DNA from: Octopus bimaculoides
Lineage: Eukaryota
DNA: 63,324 nt
Direction: 5' to 3'
NCBI RefSeq assembly: GCF_001194135.2
Contig: NC_068991.1
Span: 73,583,909 to 73,647,232, forward strand
Shown: piece by piece, positions 39,644 through 53,016 of the stretch
Position numbering within the stretch: position 1 is the first letter of the stretch
How the letters are laid out: each line of letters opens with the position of its first letter
The notes under the pieces: generated by a model
Told to the model about the DNA's origin: nothing
Databases searched by the model: none
The model's input: the letters and a program-made list of their open reading frames with translations, nothing else
Translations under genes and position numbers: made by a program

Positions 39644-40144
39644 ATGTGTGTGTGTGTGTGTGTGCGTGTGTGTGTATGTGTGTGTGTTTGGGTATGCGTG
39701 TGTGTACGTGTTTGTTTTACAACTGAATACGTACTGATTTTTAATTATCATTCATTCGCTTTTCTATTGTTTGTATATATTGAATTTTCATGTTTAAGCG
39801 GGTTTATTATGCATAAGTGTGTGCAATATGAGTGTATATTACACTTGCCTATGTACAGCTGTGTGTTTATAAGCTTTAGTAAAAGAACTGCATTGTTAGT
39901 GTATGTGTAGCATGTCCAACATATGCGACTGTAGTTGCGGCTCTGATAGGTAGTATATGTGTGTGTGCGTGTGTGTGTATGTGTGTGCATGCGAATTCGT
40001 TGGTATGTATGTGTGCGTGTGTGTGTGGGCGGGTGTATTAATGTCTTTACTTCTATGAATTTCATGTACAAAGTATAAAAAGATAAAACATCGTTCGTAT
40101 AGTTAGACAGATAGAAAGGCAGAGAGAGATATAGACATATGTAT

Positions 40145-40181
<37 letters not shown>

Positions 40182-40403
40182 AGCATTCATTCATAAATAT
40201 GCCTTTATACACATATATAATAATATGTATATACATATGTATATATATAATTACATATCAATAAATATTTATATAAACTATATGTATGTGTATGTGTGTG
40301 TGTGTGTGTGTACATACGTACGTAAGTTTATCTGTATGCATGTATATACATAAGTACATATACATTGATATACATTGATATGAAGTCGATATTTTGTGTG
40401 CAG

Positions 40404-40699
40404 ATGCTTTCACTGAAAAACTTCGTTTGCATATAAACCGATTACAAAAGCTGTGCTTCCGTTGTTCGGTGGGACATCCTCTTCGATTGTTACCGAAACA
40501 ATCTAAAAGAAAAGAATACGTAGATATGTCATACTGCGTACAGCATAAATCATTCGACATCACTGATAAAGTAGATGTTGTGCTTGGCTCTCATGTAGGG
40601 CAGTTGAATGGAGAGTTGAACTTCAAACTGAAAACCATTAAGACAATTTTTGTTAAGATTCCAAAATATGCTCCTTTAGAAATGGCTTCGTTCTGGTGA
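40404..40699 (+). CDS. Probable second coding exon of the same gene ((D)AFTEKLRLHINRLQKLCFRCSVGHPLRLLP...MASFW)
   Basis: Acceptor attttgtgtgcag ends at 40403, and the next bases AT complete G|AT (Asp) in phase 1, matching the 35308 donor. Then 97 open codons of complex sequence. Ends either at TGA 40697-40699 or at donor TG|GTGAAT (exon end 40695, phase 2). Confidence 0.6.
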
Positions 40700-41140
40700 A
40701 TGTTTTGTGCTGGTCCTACTGAGTTTCTAAGACTTTCGACTGTGTGTTTCGTACTATATTTTTTTGCTTTTTTGGTGGGGGGCTAAAAACATTGTTTTGG
40801 GTTGAAAACGTTGAATGCTGCCCGTGCGAATGGAACCCAGATTTGCTGTATACATAGCTGGCGTTCAACCACTGGACTGCATCAAACCTTCGAGTTTCTG
40901 CATTCATTTTAGAACCTTGATTGTTGCCAGCGAGAATTGTTTGGACGTCATAAAGGTTTATAAAGGTAAATGAAAATAACTGTGTCCAAATGTGCATAGC
41001 TCTTTCTGTATATCTGTATAGAAACACAAATTTTATAACTAAATAAGTTAACAGTAAATGAATGAACTCACTAACAATAAACTACGTGTCGTTGCAAGCA
41101 AAATTTTATCTAAGACTCTTGGATAGTAATCCAGAACTCC

Positions 41141-41502
41141 GTTTATTCGTTTATTTGTTTCACTTATTTGACTGCGACCGTGCTGGAGCATCGCCTTTAG
41201 TCGAACTTATTCTTTGTAAGCCTAGTGCTTTTTCTATCGGTTTCTATTGCCGCACCGCTCCGCTAAATTACGGATGCAAACACACCAGCGTCGCTTGTTA
41301 AGCGATGTGTGGGGGGGGGGGGCAAAACAGACACACATACATACATATATATATGCATATATATTTAGACGACGGTCTTCTTTCAGTTTCAGTCTACCAA
41401 ATGAACTCACAACGCTTTGGTCCGCCCGAGCCCGACCAAGATGCCACGCAGTGGAACTGAACCCGGAAGCTAGCTTCTTACTACACAGCCACGCCTGCGC
41501 CT
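41141..41502 (-). mobile_element. SINE family C
   Basis: Reverse complement of the family C layout, with internal deletions. Confidence 0.75.
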
Positions 41503-42058
41503 ATAAATTCTTCAAAATTATTCAACATACAAAATTTCACTTCGATTTTAAATTACGTTAAACTGAGCGCATGTGCGAGTATTAAATAAAATTAATTCAC
41601 ATTATATTTCAACATTGGAAGTCACTAGCAAACCGAATTCTCTCTGGTGTTGTTGTTATAGCTATTTTTCTTTTAATGTAATTCTACTCTGCGTCATATT
41701 AATGTTTATATTCGTTAAATTCAAAAGTTATTGTAAAGTAATTGAATCTTTCTTCACAAGCTTTACTAGTAAACTTACCGACGGAGTAAATTTAATCAAA
41801 CGTTAGCACTATTGAAATAATGCTACAAATATTGTGATAGATATGAGGTGTTTGTATTAGTGGTGGTGGTGGTGGTGGTGTGGTGGTAGTGATGGTGGTG
41901 GCAGTTGAAAATAAAATTAAATTCTGCCTGTCAAAATAATAATTTATCACTAATCTATCCGCAGCTGTAATAGCTGTGTGCCTTGAGGAGAAAGTTGAAA
42001 TCTCTTCATATGTAAATATAAAAACATTTATTATCAATGCGCTATGTAAAAGAGGTGA

Positions 42059-42371
42059 AGGCGTGAGGCTTAGTGGCTAACCTATCCATAAGGTCGTGCG
42101 TTCGATTCCCAGTAGAATATTGTGTCCTTGAGCAAGATTCTTTATTTCACGTTGCTCCAGTCCACTCAGCTGGCAAGAATCAGGCAGTTCCTGTATTTCA
42201 AAGGAGCCCAGCCTTGTCACATTCTGTGTCACGCTGAATCTCACTGAGAACTACGTTCAGGGTACACGTGTCTGTGGAGTGCTCAACCGCCTGCACGTTA
42301 ATTTCACGAGTAGGCTGTTCTGTTCATCGGATCAACTGGAACTCTCGTCGTCGTATCCGACCGAGTACCAG
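42059..42371 (+). mobile_element. tRNA-derived SINE family B
   Basis: Pol III A-box-like aggcttagtgg (~42066) and B-box gttcgattcc (~42100), followed by the ttgtgtccttgagcaag...tttatttcacgttgctccagtccactcagctgg body. Confidence 0.75.
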
Positions 42372-42751
42372 TTGTGTAAGACTTGAACTAACAGAATAGC
42401 AAGAACGTCGGGAAAAAATGGTTCAGCAGTTTTGTTCCGATACTTCATATTCTGTGTAAAAATCTCAGCGAGATCAGCTTTATCTTCCATTCCTCCAGAG
42501 ATGAAATAATGTACCAGTCTACTACTGGGGGCCAATGGTAACAACTAACACCCTCTTAAAATTGCTGGCCTTGTTCGAAAGTCTGACGCAATGTAATGTG
42601 TTATTTAAGGCGGCGAAGAAGGGTAAGTCGCTATTGTTGTTCAGCTTTTGGTCAACTCTGATTAAGCAGATCTTCTGATCGAAATGTGAAGATTTGTGGC
42701 CTTGTGATTAGAATGTTCTACTCATGATTACAAGGCCTCGGTTTCAATTCC

Positions 42752-42821
42752 TGCAGTGGGATTGAACCCGGAGCCACATGGTTGCAAGTCGGTTTCTTCA
42801 CCACACAGCTATGCCTGCGCC
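42752..42821 (-). mobile_element. SINE family C head fragment
   Basis: gcagtgggattgaacccgg...cacacagctatgcctgcgcc, the reverse complement of the family C head. Confidence 0.55.
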
Positions 42822-43657
42822 GAAAAAAAAAAATTTCCCCTCTCGCCGGAAAGAATAATAATAATTAAACTCAGTTATACCTTGATGAGTTCAATAGATC
42901 TAAATAAAGAAGTAGAATGCCAAGTCTACTAATTAGCGTCTGTCCATTTACCGTTGTCAATCAATTTGATTATTGTAATTAGTTAAATTTCAGACGTATT
43001 GGATCTCGGAAATATTTCCAGTGATTGGGTCAATTTTAGACACCGAGTTTTTCATTAAACTTAAAGCAAGCGTTTTACTGTTGTACGAGAGCATGCGCAG
43101 AATCACTGGGTTAGGAGTGATTCTGAATGGATAGCTTACAAAACTCTCAGTGAGAGATTCTAGAAAAAGTGAGTCCCTTTGCAAAGGTTATTCCGACTTG
43201 TAACTTATTTCAGCCGTTCGTTAAAAGAAAATAGCAGTGAGAAAGAAGAAAGAGAAGAAACTACATGTCTGATGGTTAATGGCTAATGGTTAAAGTATAA
43301 TGACAAATAAACTCTGCTTTGCAAACGGATAATATATTTTCTTCGTATATTCAAAGATGTTTGTCAGTATAGAAACTTTGTATGTCCTAAAGGTGTGAGC
43401 AATATTCAAATAGGATTCGTACTTGTTTAACTTGGTAAAGTTTCACCAATACCGATTCAAAGATGGACGTCTTGCTGTAAGATGTAATTTTCAAGTATTA
43501 CATTGGTTTGGATTACTTTGATATATCACATGGAATGACGACGACGAGCATTTGAAGTGAAATGTTGGATGTTAGCAATGCATTTGTTCACATGTAATAA
43601 AGGTAAAGACTAGTAAGGATAGACTGCTTCTATAATTACAGGTAATTTTAATATCGA

Positions 43658-44066
43658 AAGACGGACGGTGAGCTTGCATAATCTTTATCACGTCGGATAT
43701 TTTGAGTTCAAATTCGACCGAGGAAGACACTGCCATTCATTTCTTTCGAAAAAATAAGTACCAGTCGAGAACGTGGGGCAACGTAATCGACTTTTCCACC
43801 AATCAAAATTGCTGCCTCATACCTAAATAAGCAAAGAATTTTAATATCGACCGAAGAACGGTGAGCTGGCAGAATCTTTAACAAAATGCTTTGCAGCTTT
43901 TCAGCTCTAGTCTAGACTTTCTGAATGCAAATTGTACCGAAATGAACCATTTTATCCATTTAGGGTCGATAACATAAGTACCAATCAAGTACGAGGTCGA
44001 TGTAATAGACTTGTTCCCTCCTCACAAAATTCCAGATCTTGTGCTTCTACCAGAAAGAAGTATTAT
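43658..44066 (+). mobile_element. Two tandem degenerate SINE family A copies
   Basis: Two heads (acggtgagcttgc / acggtgagctggcagaatc); direct repeat aattttaatatcga at 43644-43657 and 43837-43850. Confidence 0.65.
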
Positions 44067-44692
44067 CGAACGTCCAACAGTAAGAATGATAGCAGTATTC
44101 CGTTTGTGCTGAGAGCAACGACAAGTATTGTGTATATCAGTGGCGATTGATGGTATAGTAATTGATGAGAAAAACTGATATGAAATTCAATCAAGCATGA
44201 ACTTTCAGTTAACGTCTACTTCATGGACTGAATACGAATTTAATATTTGGTTTTCTGATGCCCGGCTCTACAAGGTCATCATTTTTTATTATTTCTACAT
44301 CATTGTACTCAACAGAGTAAACATATCTAGAACATGCGTGTCCGGGTGCGAGTATGTCAATGTGTCTATGTGAATGCATTAGTGTCTGCAGAATGTTCTC
44401 AGTAAGTCTATAACAGTAAGTCGGTAAAAAGAATGTTCAAATACATGTCTCTTCATGAAACGCCTTGAAACCGCGTCCGCACGTATACACATATGTGTAT
44501 GTAGGAGAATGTGTATCTGAGTAAGTGCACGCATACATATTTACTCACATACACACACACACATATATATATATATATACATACATACAGACATATATAT
44601 GTATATATAAGAGTATGCATACACATATATATCTTTACATACATATAGGCATATATATAGAGACATATAGACATATATATGTATATATATAC

Positions 44693-44742
<50 letters not shown>

Positions 44743-45445
44743 GCATTCAATCATACATATATACATATACACACACGTGTGTATTTTGCGTGCATGTGTG
44801 TGTGGACGAGATGACAAAAGACCGGAACCAAACGGTAAATACGATGTAATAGAAGTGAATCAATAAATAAAGAAAAAAATTAAAGAAGCAAGCGAGGAAT
44901 ATGGAAGAAAAGAACAGAAATAGATGTATAAAAAATACAATATACAATAGACAAATGCCGTAGGTGTGAACTTCAGTATCCTTATCTTTTTCTCTCTCTC
45001 TAGTATTTTGATAACTTAATATTTTGAGCAGGTTTTTCTTTGTCTTGTTATTGCTATGCTTTCTATTTCTGTAAAAAGAATTGTGTATTTATTTTCTGTG
45101 CTGCGCTGAATGTTTTCTGTTTAAAATGCGAAGTGTAATATTTCTTTTTAACGGGTAAGAAAAGAAAAAAAAAAGATGTAAGAAAATAGAAAGTAAAAAA
45201 AAATGCTAAAGACGTACTTTGAATACAATATTTTTCTGGTCTGTTTACACATGCACACACACAGACTCACACACATACACACACACATGCAAATACAGAC
45301 AGATGAGTGCATACATTTATATTTATTTATATATAGAAATATTGAAATATATATACATGTATGCAAATATGTATGATGGGTATATGTATGCACACATATT
45401 TATGTGCGTGTATCTATGTGTATCATGTATACATATGTACTATAG

Positions 45446-45531
<86 letters not shown>

Positions 45532-45666
45532 GGAGAGAGAGAGACAGACAGACAGATAACCACATATATAAATATATGCATATATATATACATGTCTATA
45601 TGTATGTGAGTCTGTCTATATGCACGCACACACGCACATACACACACATATATATATGTATATATC

Positions 45667-45723
<57 letters not shown>

Positions 45724-45749
45724 GGAGAGAGAGAGAGAGAGATAGAATC

Positions 45750-45945
45750 TTTTTTATTTTTTTATTTGTTTCTGTTATTTGACTGCGCCCATACTGGAGT
45801 ACTGCCTTTAGTCGAACGAATCAACCCTAAGACTTATTCTTTGTAAGCCTAGTACTTATTCCATCGGGAACTTTTGCCGAACCGCTAAGTTATGGAGAGG
45901 TAAACACACCAGCATCGGTTGTCAAACACACCAACATCGGTTGTC
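45750..45945 (-). mobile_element. SINE family C 3' half with a 22-bp internal tandem duplication
   Basis: aaacacaccagcatcggttgtc (45902-45923) repeated at 45924-45945 with one mismatch. Confidence 0.7.
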
Positions 45946-46019
45946 TGCTCCTACTTTTAACCAAGTATATCGGTATACGGATGTATATGATAGTGAATGT
46001 CTTAAGTGCTCAATATTCA

Positions 46020-46251
46020 ATTCTTTATTGCCCATAAGGGGCTAAACATAGAAGGGACAAACAAGGACAGACAAAGGGACTAAGTCGATTACATCGATCC
46101 CCAAGTGTGCAACTGGTACTTATTTAATCGAACTCGAAAGGATGAAAAGGAAAGTCGACCTTGGCGGAATTTGAACTCAGAACATAACGGCAGACGAAAT
46201 ACCGCTAGGCATTTCGCCTGGTGTGCTAACGATTCTGCTAGCTCGCCGTCT
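46020..46251 (-). mobile_element. SINE family A variant with alternative 3' tail and long TSD
   Basis: Family A head and core but a different tail (ttctttattgcccataaggggctaaacatagaagggacaaacaaggacagac on +). 21-nt direct repeat gtcttaagtgctcaatattca at 45999-46019 and 46248-46268. Confidence 0.8.
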
Positions 46252-46762
46252 TAAGTGCTCAATATTCACAAGCTTAATGTGGAATAGCGTAAACTCATGA
46301 TTTTCATATCAAATGGAAAATTATCAAAAACGTAAATATTATTCATGTTGATGACGTTATAGAAATTCATAAATTGTCGCGAGAACATGAAATAATTAGT
46401 TTTTGGAACAGTGGATCTCGATGCATACATAAAATTGTAAATAATAGCATGGAAATATTGAACTGAAATAAAAAAAAAAAAAACTATTGGGCCGCCTTGG
46501 ACTTTTCTATCCAAAACGGTTTTTCAACTCAATATTTATGTGTTGTTATTTATAGCTTTATGTGTGCTTCGAGATACACGGTTCCCGAAAAGAATTCTTA
46601 CAATTTCCCGTATTTCATTCTCTTCAGAACCTCTTTTTCTTTTCTTTTTCTTCTTTCTTAATATTAATTTCGTCGTTTAAAAACGATCGAACATTCTACA
46701 TTTCTATCTCTGTTTCTTTCTTTCTTCATCTCTCTCTCTCTTTCATATACGCTCTCTCTCCT

Positions 46763-46797
<35 letters not shown>

Positions 46798-46811
46798 TTC
46801 TNNNNNNNNNN

Positions 46812-46862
<51 letters not shown>

Positions 46863-47479
46863 CTCACTCACCCTGTCTCTCTTACTCAAATTTTTCCGTT
46901 TCATAATTAGGTTTTCAAATAAATTCCCGCGAGATATGAAAATGTGTACCAAAAACTAATCCTACATGTTTCTCGCCTATTTCCTCACAAATTCTAATCC
47001 AATAAAACCTACACAGTAGATCTGGATGACATTCTTTATATATCAATGGCTGATTAAACGCATCCATCGCTAAAACAAGATGGCTGCTACTTCTCCCGTC
47101 CATGTTAACATTGTATTTATACCGCTGTTGTTGTTGTAATTGACGCTGCAACTAAACTTCATTCAAATGTGCAAATTTCGTTGAAAATCTTCAATTGTTA
47201 TCGGTTCTCAGCGCCCTGAATGCTGTATGATATCTTATGCGTCGATATTACTGTTGTTGGTAGAGCTTCACCGGTTTTCAAGTAACTTCAACGAAACGAA
47301 GAAAATTTAATCTCATGAAGCTCATAAACTATTTCAAAGGCAATCGACCAAAATGGAAATGTGAAACGGTTAAAATTTCTAGAAGGAAGGAAAGAAATAA
47401 AACAAATGTAAAAGAATAATTTCACTTCGATGCCATCAGGGTGAAATTAAAACAGCCATTTTGCTTTCTGCTTCAGTAT

Positions 47480-48000
47480 ATGCATATGTGCGCGTTTGTT
47501 TGTTTGTATGTGTGTGTGTATGTTTGTGTGCGTGTGTGTGTGTTTGTGAACGTGTGTGTTTGCCATTTGTGTGTGTGCGTGACTGATTTGGTGTTTGTGT
47601 GCGTGTGTTTGGTGTTTGTGTGTGTGTGTGTTTGGTGTGTTTGGTTTGTATGTGTGTGTGTGTGTGTTTGCCATTTGTGTGTGTATGTGACTCATTTGGT
47701 ATTTGTGTGCGTGCGTTTGGTATCTGTATGTGTGTGTTTGGTGTGTGTGCTTATGTGTGTGTTTGGTGTGTGTGCTTATGTGTGTGTGTGTGTGCGTTTG
47801 GTGTTTGTGTATTTGTGTCTGGTGTTTGTGTGCGTGTGTTTGGTGTGTGTGTGCTTGATATTTGCGTGTGTGTTTGGTGCTTGTGTGTGTGTGTATATGT
47901 ATGACTTTGGTGTTTGTGCGTGTGTGTGTGTGCGCGCTTGCGTTTGGTGTTTGTGTGTGTCTTTGTGTATGTGTGTGTGTGCGCTGGTGTGACAGGATTT
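47480..48000. repeat. Degenerate GT-rich minisatellite with recurring tttgg nodes and a 108-bp duplication
   Basis: gccatttgtgtgtgt...gactgatttggtgtttgtgtgcgtg at 47562 and 47670. Confidence 0.75.
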
Positions 48001-49119
48001 GTGTGTGACTGTTTGCTTGTGTCCATCTATGCGTATGTATGTCTCTGTGTCAGTGCGCGCACTCGTGCGTAAGACTTAGAGAAAGAGTGAGAGACTGTGT
48101 GTCTGCGTGCCTGTGTGCATGTGTGCCGGGATGTGTGTGTGTGTGTGTGTGTACGTACTTGTCTGAATGCCTGTGTCTCTGTGAGTATGTTTGCGTGTGA
48201 GTGTGTATATGTGTGAATGTCACTGCGTGTGTGTGTGACTGTGTGACTGTATGCCTTTATTTATGCATGTGGGGCGGGGAGAGGTTGCCCATCCCTATAC
48301 AAATCGGATGAAAGACATCTGACGTTCGGCTTAATTGGAAATATGCAACATTCCCTTTGTTCCCAAATGCATTGCAGAAATGATGTGACAACAAACACAA
48401 AGGTTACAGTTTTGTGCATGCTAAAGGTGCAATATTCGAAAAATGCACATAAGAAACTCATTACGCTTTTGTATTTGAAATAAGATGAAGTGTTGAACAC
48501 ATAACAAGTAGTGTTTCGTGTCTTGAAGGATCCATTTTTTTTTCCCCTTCTATATATTTTTCTTCCGAGAAACCCAATATCGAATAGAAAAATCTTGTAG
48601 TCCTTAATTTATTCTCTTCCTACTTCCCTTTCTCTCCCCTTTCCCTTTTAATCTATCTCCCTTCAAACTAACATTCTCTTAAAAATGGAAGGAAGATTTT
48701 ATAAAAGCTGTTCCGACTAGTTCCGCTCGGTAAATTCCATGTCGTTGTCACCGCATCATAAAATATTATAGAGTTACATACAGGGACGTGACAATTAAAT
48801 AACCCTCAATATGTTTTGTGGTATTTGTGGTAATTTAATGAGAATATTTCAGACCTGGAGATTATGCATTTGATTTATGAGACACTCAACCCTACTCTAG
48901 AGAGATTGCTCAAGACTGTAAAAGTCCCTTTATGTTCTTTCCAGTCAGTGGTATACAGCTTTAGAGATTACCAACTTGAAATGCTTGAGACGATGCTTGA
49001 GATCCTCCCTACACTGCTCTCGTTTATGTCGAGATGGGAGAGCGCCTTTTCCTCCCTGTCAGAAGAAGGGCTTTGTACTCAAATTCACAACAGATACTGC
49101 AAAAAAATTCCGTCCGGCG

Positions 49120-49205
49120 CCAATTCAACGCCCTCTACTGGTGTTTTATCAATCGACCGCAAAATGCGGAAAAGCAAATTCGACTTCGAACGAATTTGAT
49201 CTGTG
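49120..49205 (-). mobile_element. Degenerate SINE family A fragment
   Basis: ctggtgttttatcaatcgacc...aaagcaaattcgacttcg...gaatttga similarity to the family core. Confidence 0.45.
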
Positions 49206-49971
49206 GTTACTGATAGCTGGGACAAAGACCATGAAGCATTTTAACCACTTTTCTAATGGCTTAACCGATTACACATTTTTACCAGCTTGACCGAAGTCCA
49301 GTCACTGAAAGAAGTAAAAGATGAAAGCAAGCCAATGATGTTCCATCTGTTAGACACAGTGTATCTAGGAATACATTATCCAATCTACCTTTTCGTATTT
49401 TCAATACTTTGTGGTTTAATTGGGCGATGGCTGCTATAAAAGTAAATACAAGCCTGGAAACGAGGCATAAGTGCCGCAGAACCTTCTTTCTTGTCTTTCA
49501 CTATAAACGTTATGTTCTCGTTTTGAAGATATTCGTCTAACATCGTGTTTTTGACGACATACAACTGAGCCAAGGTTTCGATTCCCGATTGAAGACCATT
49601 TCGATTAAATTTTCAATAAAATTGTTTAAAACTTATAAAACTTCTCCTAAAGCTCCCTCCTTCCCTTTCCCTCTCTCTCTCTCTCTCCCTCTCTCTCTCA
49701 CTCTCTCTCTCTCTTACTCTCTCTCACGCACACATACACTTTATCTCTACCTGTCTCTTCAAATTCGTCTTTCTTCCTCTGTTCTTCTCTCCCTTTTCCT
49801 CTCCCTCCTTTCTCACTCACGTTCTGCCTCTCTTCCCCCTCTCTCTCTCTCTCTCTCCTTCTCAACCTCCCAGTCTCACTTTCTTCAAATTCTCAACCTC
49901 CAAGATGGAACATACTAGAATTTTCTGTACACCTTGCATGTGTATGCATATACGCATGTATGTATGTATGT

Positions 49972-50141
49972 ATATCACTGTTCAGTTTTATTTCAAGACT
50001 TCTTGCCAATATAGAAGGAACCGGTTTCTAACCTATCTATCCTCCAGGGTTCTTTCATTGGAATTTCAACATCAACAACAGGGTATTTTTGTTAGTAAGC
50101 ATGTATGTATTTATGTATGTGTGTGTTTGTGTGCATCTACT

Positions 50142-50175
<34 letters not shown>

Positions 50176-50340
50176 TGTATGTATACGTGCAGATTTCTAC
50201 GATTTGATTTATGTATGAATTCTCATGCATATAGTTGCATATCTAGACAGGCTCATGTATATTTAAATGCAAAACTTCTTGAAGTTTTACAGATTTTTAC
50301 AGTTCCAGTGATAGATATGATCTGTAGTCTTCGAATTAAT
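49972..50340 (-). repeat. Inverted copy of the composite Y-spacer-(ATAC)n-X repeat
   Basis: X (49972-50090), spacer (tctcatgcatatagttgcat matches 14850-14870 as reverse complement) and Y (50260-50340) in the same order. Confidence 0.75.
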
Positions 50341-50733
50341 GTATGTATATATGTATGAATGTATGCATTTATATGTGTGTACATGTATATAGATGCGAAT
50401 ATAAGCTTGTCTGTACGTGCATGTGTGCTTGTAACTGCATAAGCCTCTATTTCTCTGTAAGTGCACATGTGCGTGGGACGTTATATGCGTTATTGTATTT
50501 ATATGCATTCGCGTGGGCGTAATTGTGCATAGGTGTCAATGTATGTGTGCTTGCGTATGTACAAGTGTACAAGTATGTGTGTGTGTGCATGTGTGTGCAC
50601 GCGCTTATGTTGGTTTAAAAACTGAAAGATCTAATCAGCCACATGCATCACGTTGTTGACATAAATAGCTCTTCGACATAATCCAATTGCAATTTATAGG
50701 TGTATATATATATATATATATATATATACAACG

Positions 50734-50785
<52 letters not shown>

Positions 50786-50870
50786 TACACACTTACACAC
50801 ACACATATATACACTTACATATATACATACATATAAATATGTATATATATATATACATGATATATATGAT

Positions 50871-50931
<61 letters not shown>

Positions 50932-51580
50932 ACATACACGTACTTNNNNNNNNNNNNNNNNNNNNNNNNNNNNNNNNNNNNNNNNNNNNNNNNNNNNNNN
51001 NNNNNNNNNNNNNNNNNNNNNNNNNNNNNNNNNNNNNNNNNNNNNNNNNNNNNNNNNNNNNNNNNNNNNNNNNNNNNNNNNNNNNNNNNNNNNNNNNNNN
51101 NNNNNNNNNNNNNNNNNNNNNNNNNNNNNNNNNNNNNNNNNNNNNNNNNNNNNNNNNNNNNNNNNNNNNNNNNNNNNNNNNNNNNNNNNNNNNNNNNNNN
51201 NNNNNNNNNNNNNNNNNNNNNNNNNNNNNNNNNNNNNNNNNNNNNNNNNNNNNNNNNNNNNNNNNNNNNNNNNNNNNNNNNNNNNNNNNNNNNNNNNNNN
51301 NNNNNNNNNNNNNNNNNNNNNNNNNNNNNNNNNNNNNNNNNNNNNNNNNNNNNNNNNNNNNNNNNNNNNNNNNNNNNNNNNNNNNNNNNNNNNNNNNNNN
51401 NNNNNNNNNNNNNNNNNNNNNNNNNNNNNNNNNNNNNNNNNNNNNNNNNNNNNNNNNNNNNNNNNNNNNNNNNNNNNNNNNNNNNNNNNNNNNNNNNNNN
51501 NNNNNNNNNNNNNNNNNNNNNNNNNNNNNNNNNNNNNNNNNNNNNNNNNNNNNNNNNNNNNNNNNNNNNNNNNNNNNNNN

Positions 51581-51622
<42 letters not shown>

Positions 51623-51660
51623 TTATATATATGTGTATATTATATGCATGTATTTGTGAG

Positions 51661-51703
<43 letters not shown>

Positions 51704-52183
51704 ATATTAATTCATGTATGTATCTACGTGTACGTGTATTCACACGTGCAAGTACCTTTCGAATGCATATTTATACCTACATAAAAATATATATCATGTC
51801 ATGTACTTAATGCTTGTAAAAATTATACAACCAACACTTAACTACATGCATTTATGAATATATCTGTAAAAATTTGCATTACTCAACATAAAACTCATAT
51901 TTCACATACAGAACACACACATACACACATACTCATATATACATACTTATATGTATACATATAGATAAATACGTATATATGTCTTATTCACACCATGTGT
52001 GTTTGTGTGTGTGTGTGTGTGATGTTTTTAAAATACAAAATATATTCTTTCATTTATTTGCGATAAACATGTATACTCAGTCTTAAATACGTGGGTGGAT
52101 GCATGTATATATATGTATCTTAAAAGAAATGTGCAAGCTTTCAGAAGACATTTATTGCATATTCACAATTAATACACACACAT

Positions 52184-52216
<33 letters not shown>

Positions 52217-52964
52217 TAATCGCACTCAACATCATATAAAACCACATGCACATACATAGACACACACACACAACACATAACACACAAGTCGATACATACG
52301 GGTATATATTTATTTACTTATTTACTTTTATATTTATAACTTTATATATGCGCGCCCGACGTGTGTGTGTGTGTAAATGGGGTGTTTTTATTGCATGCAT
52401 GTATATATTTAATAGAGATATTATAACGGACCGGCAAGAGAAACTAAAGAGCAACAGAGGTTTCCACCTGTTTTCGCGAAGTTAATAATGATCTAATATT
52501 ATGTAACATAATTTTTAATAGAGCCCTAACTGCTTCTTACTGAGGAGATCCAACGAGATCAAAATAGCTAATATATGCGAATGCTATGTCATCTATGATT
52601 TAAGGAGAAAAATTTAGAAAAAGAACGAAAATTTAGCAAAATAAATGCATAAACATATTACAAATTCATCGTACTAATTGCAAATAAACGTAATCAATTG
52701 AATCCGATTCGTACTCTTGTCTGTCACAGAGGGAATGACTCAATTAGCTGATAAATAAATTGATACGGCAAAGATATAAACGTTAGACAAAACTATTCCC
52801 AGCCTGAGAGGAAATGGTTTTCTGTTGGTTTCTTGTTGTATTGATGGCATTACAAAGAAACTCACTTCATGAAACTAATAAAATAGCATAATTGAAATAG
52901 TATGTTTTACACCTTATAAATCTTTCCCGTTTGCCAGTAAAATACCATGAAACAGCATTTGTGT

Positions 52965-53016
<52 letters not shown>

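Noticed and set aside
46915-47151. 78-aa minus ORF (…DAFNQPLIYKECHPDLLCRFYWIRICEE…)
   Set aside because: No recognisable domain, start or splice context.
52540-52572. CTGAGGA-GATC-caacga-GATC-AAAA-TAGCTA hammerhead-like string
   Set aside because: Stem II is good but G12 and U16.1 are both wrong and there is no stem I; too degenerate to call.
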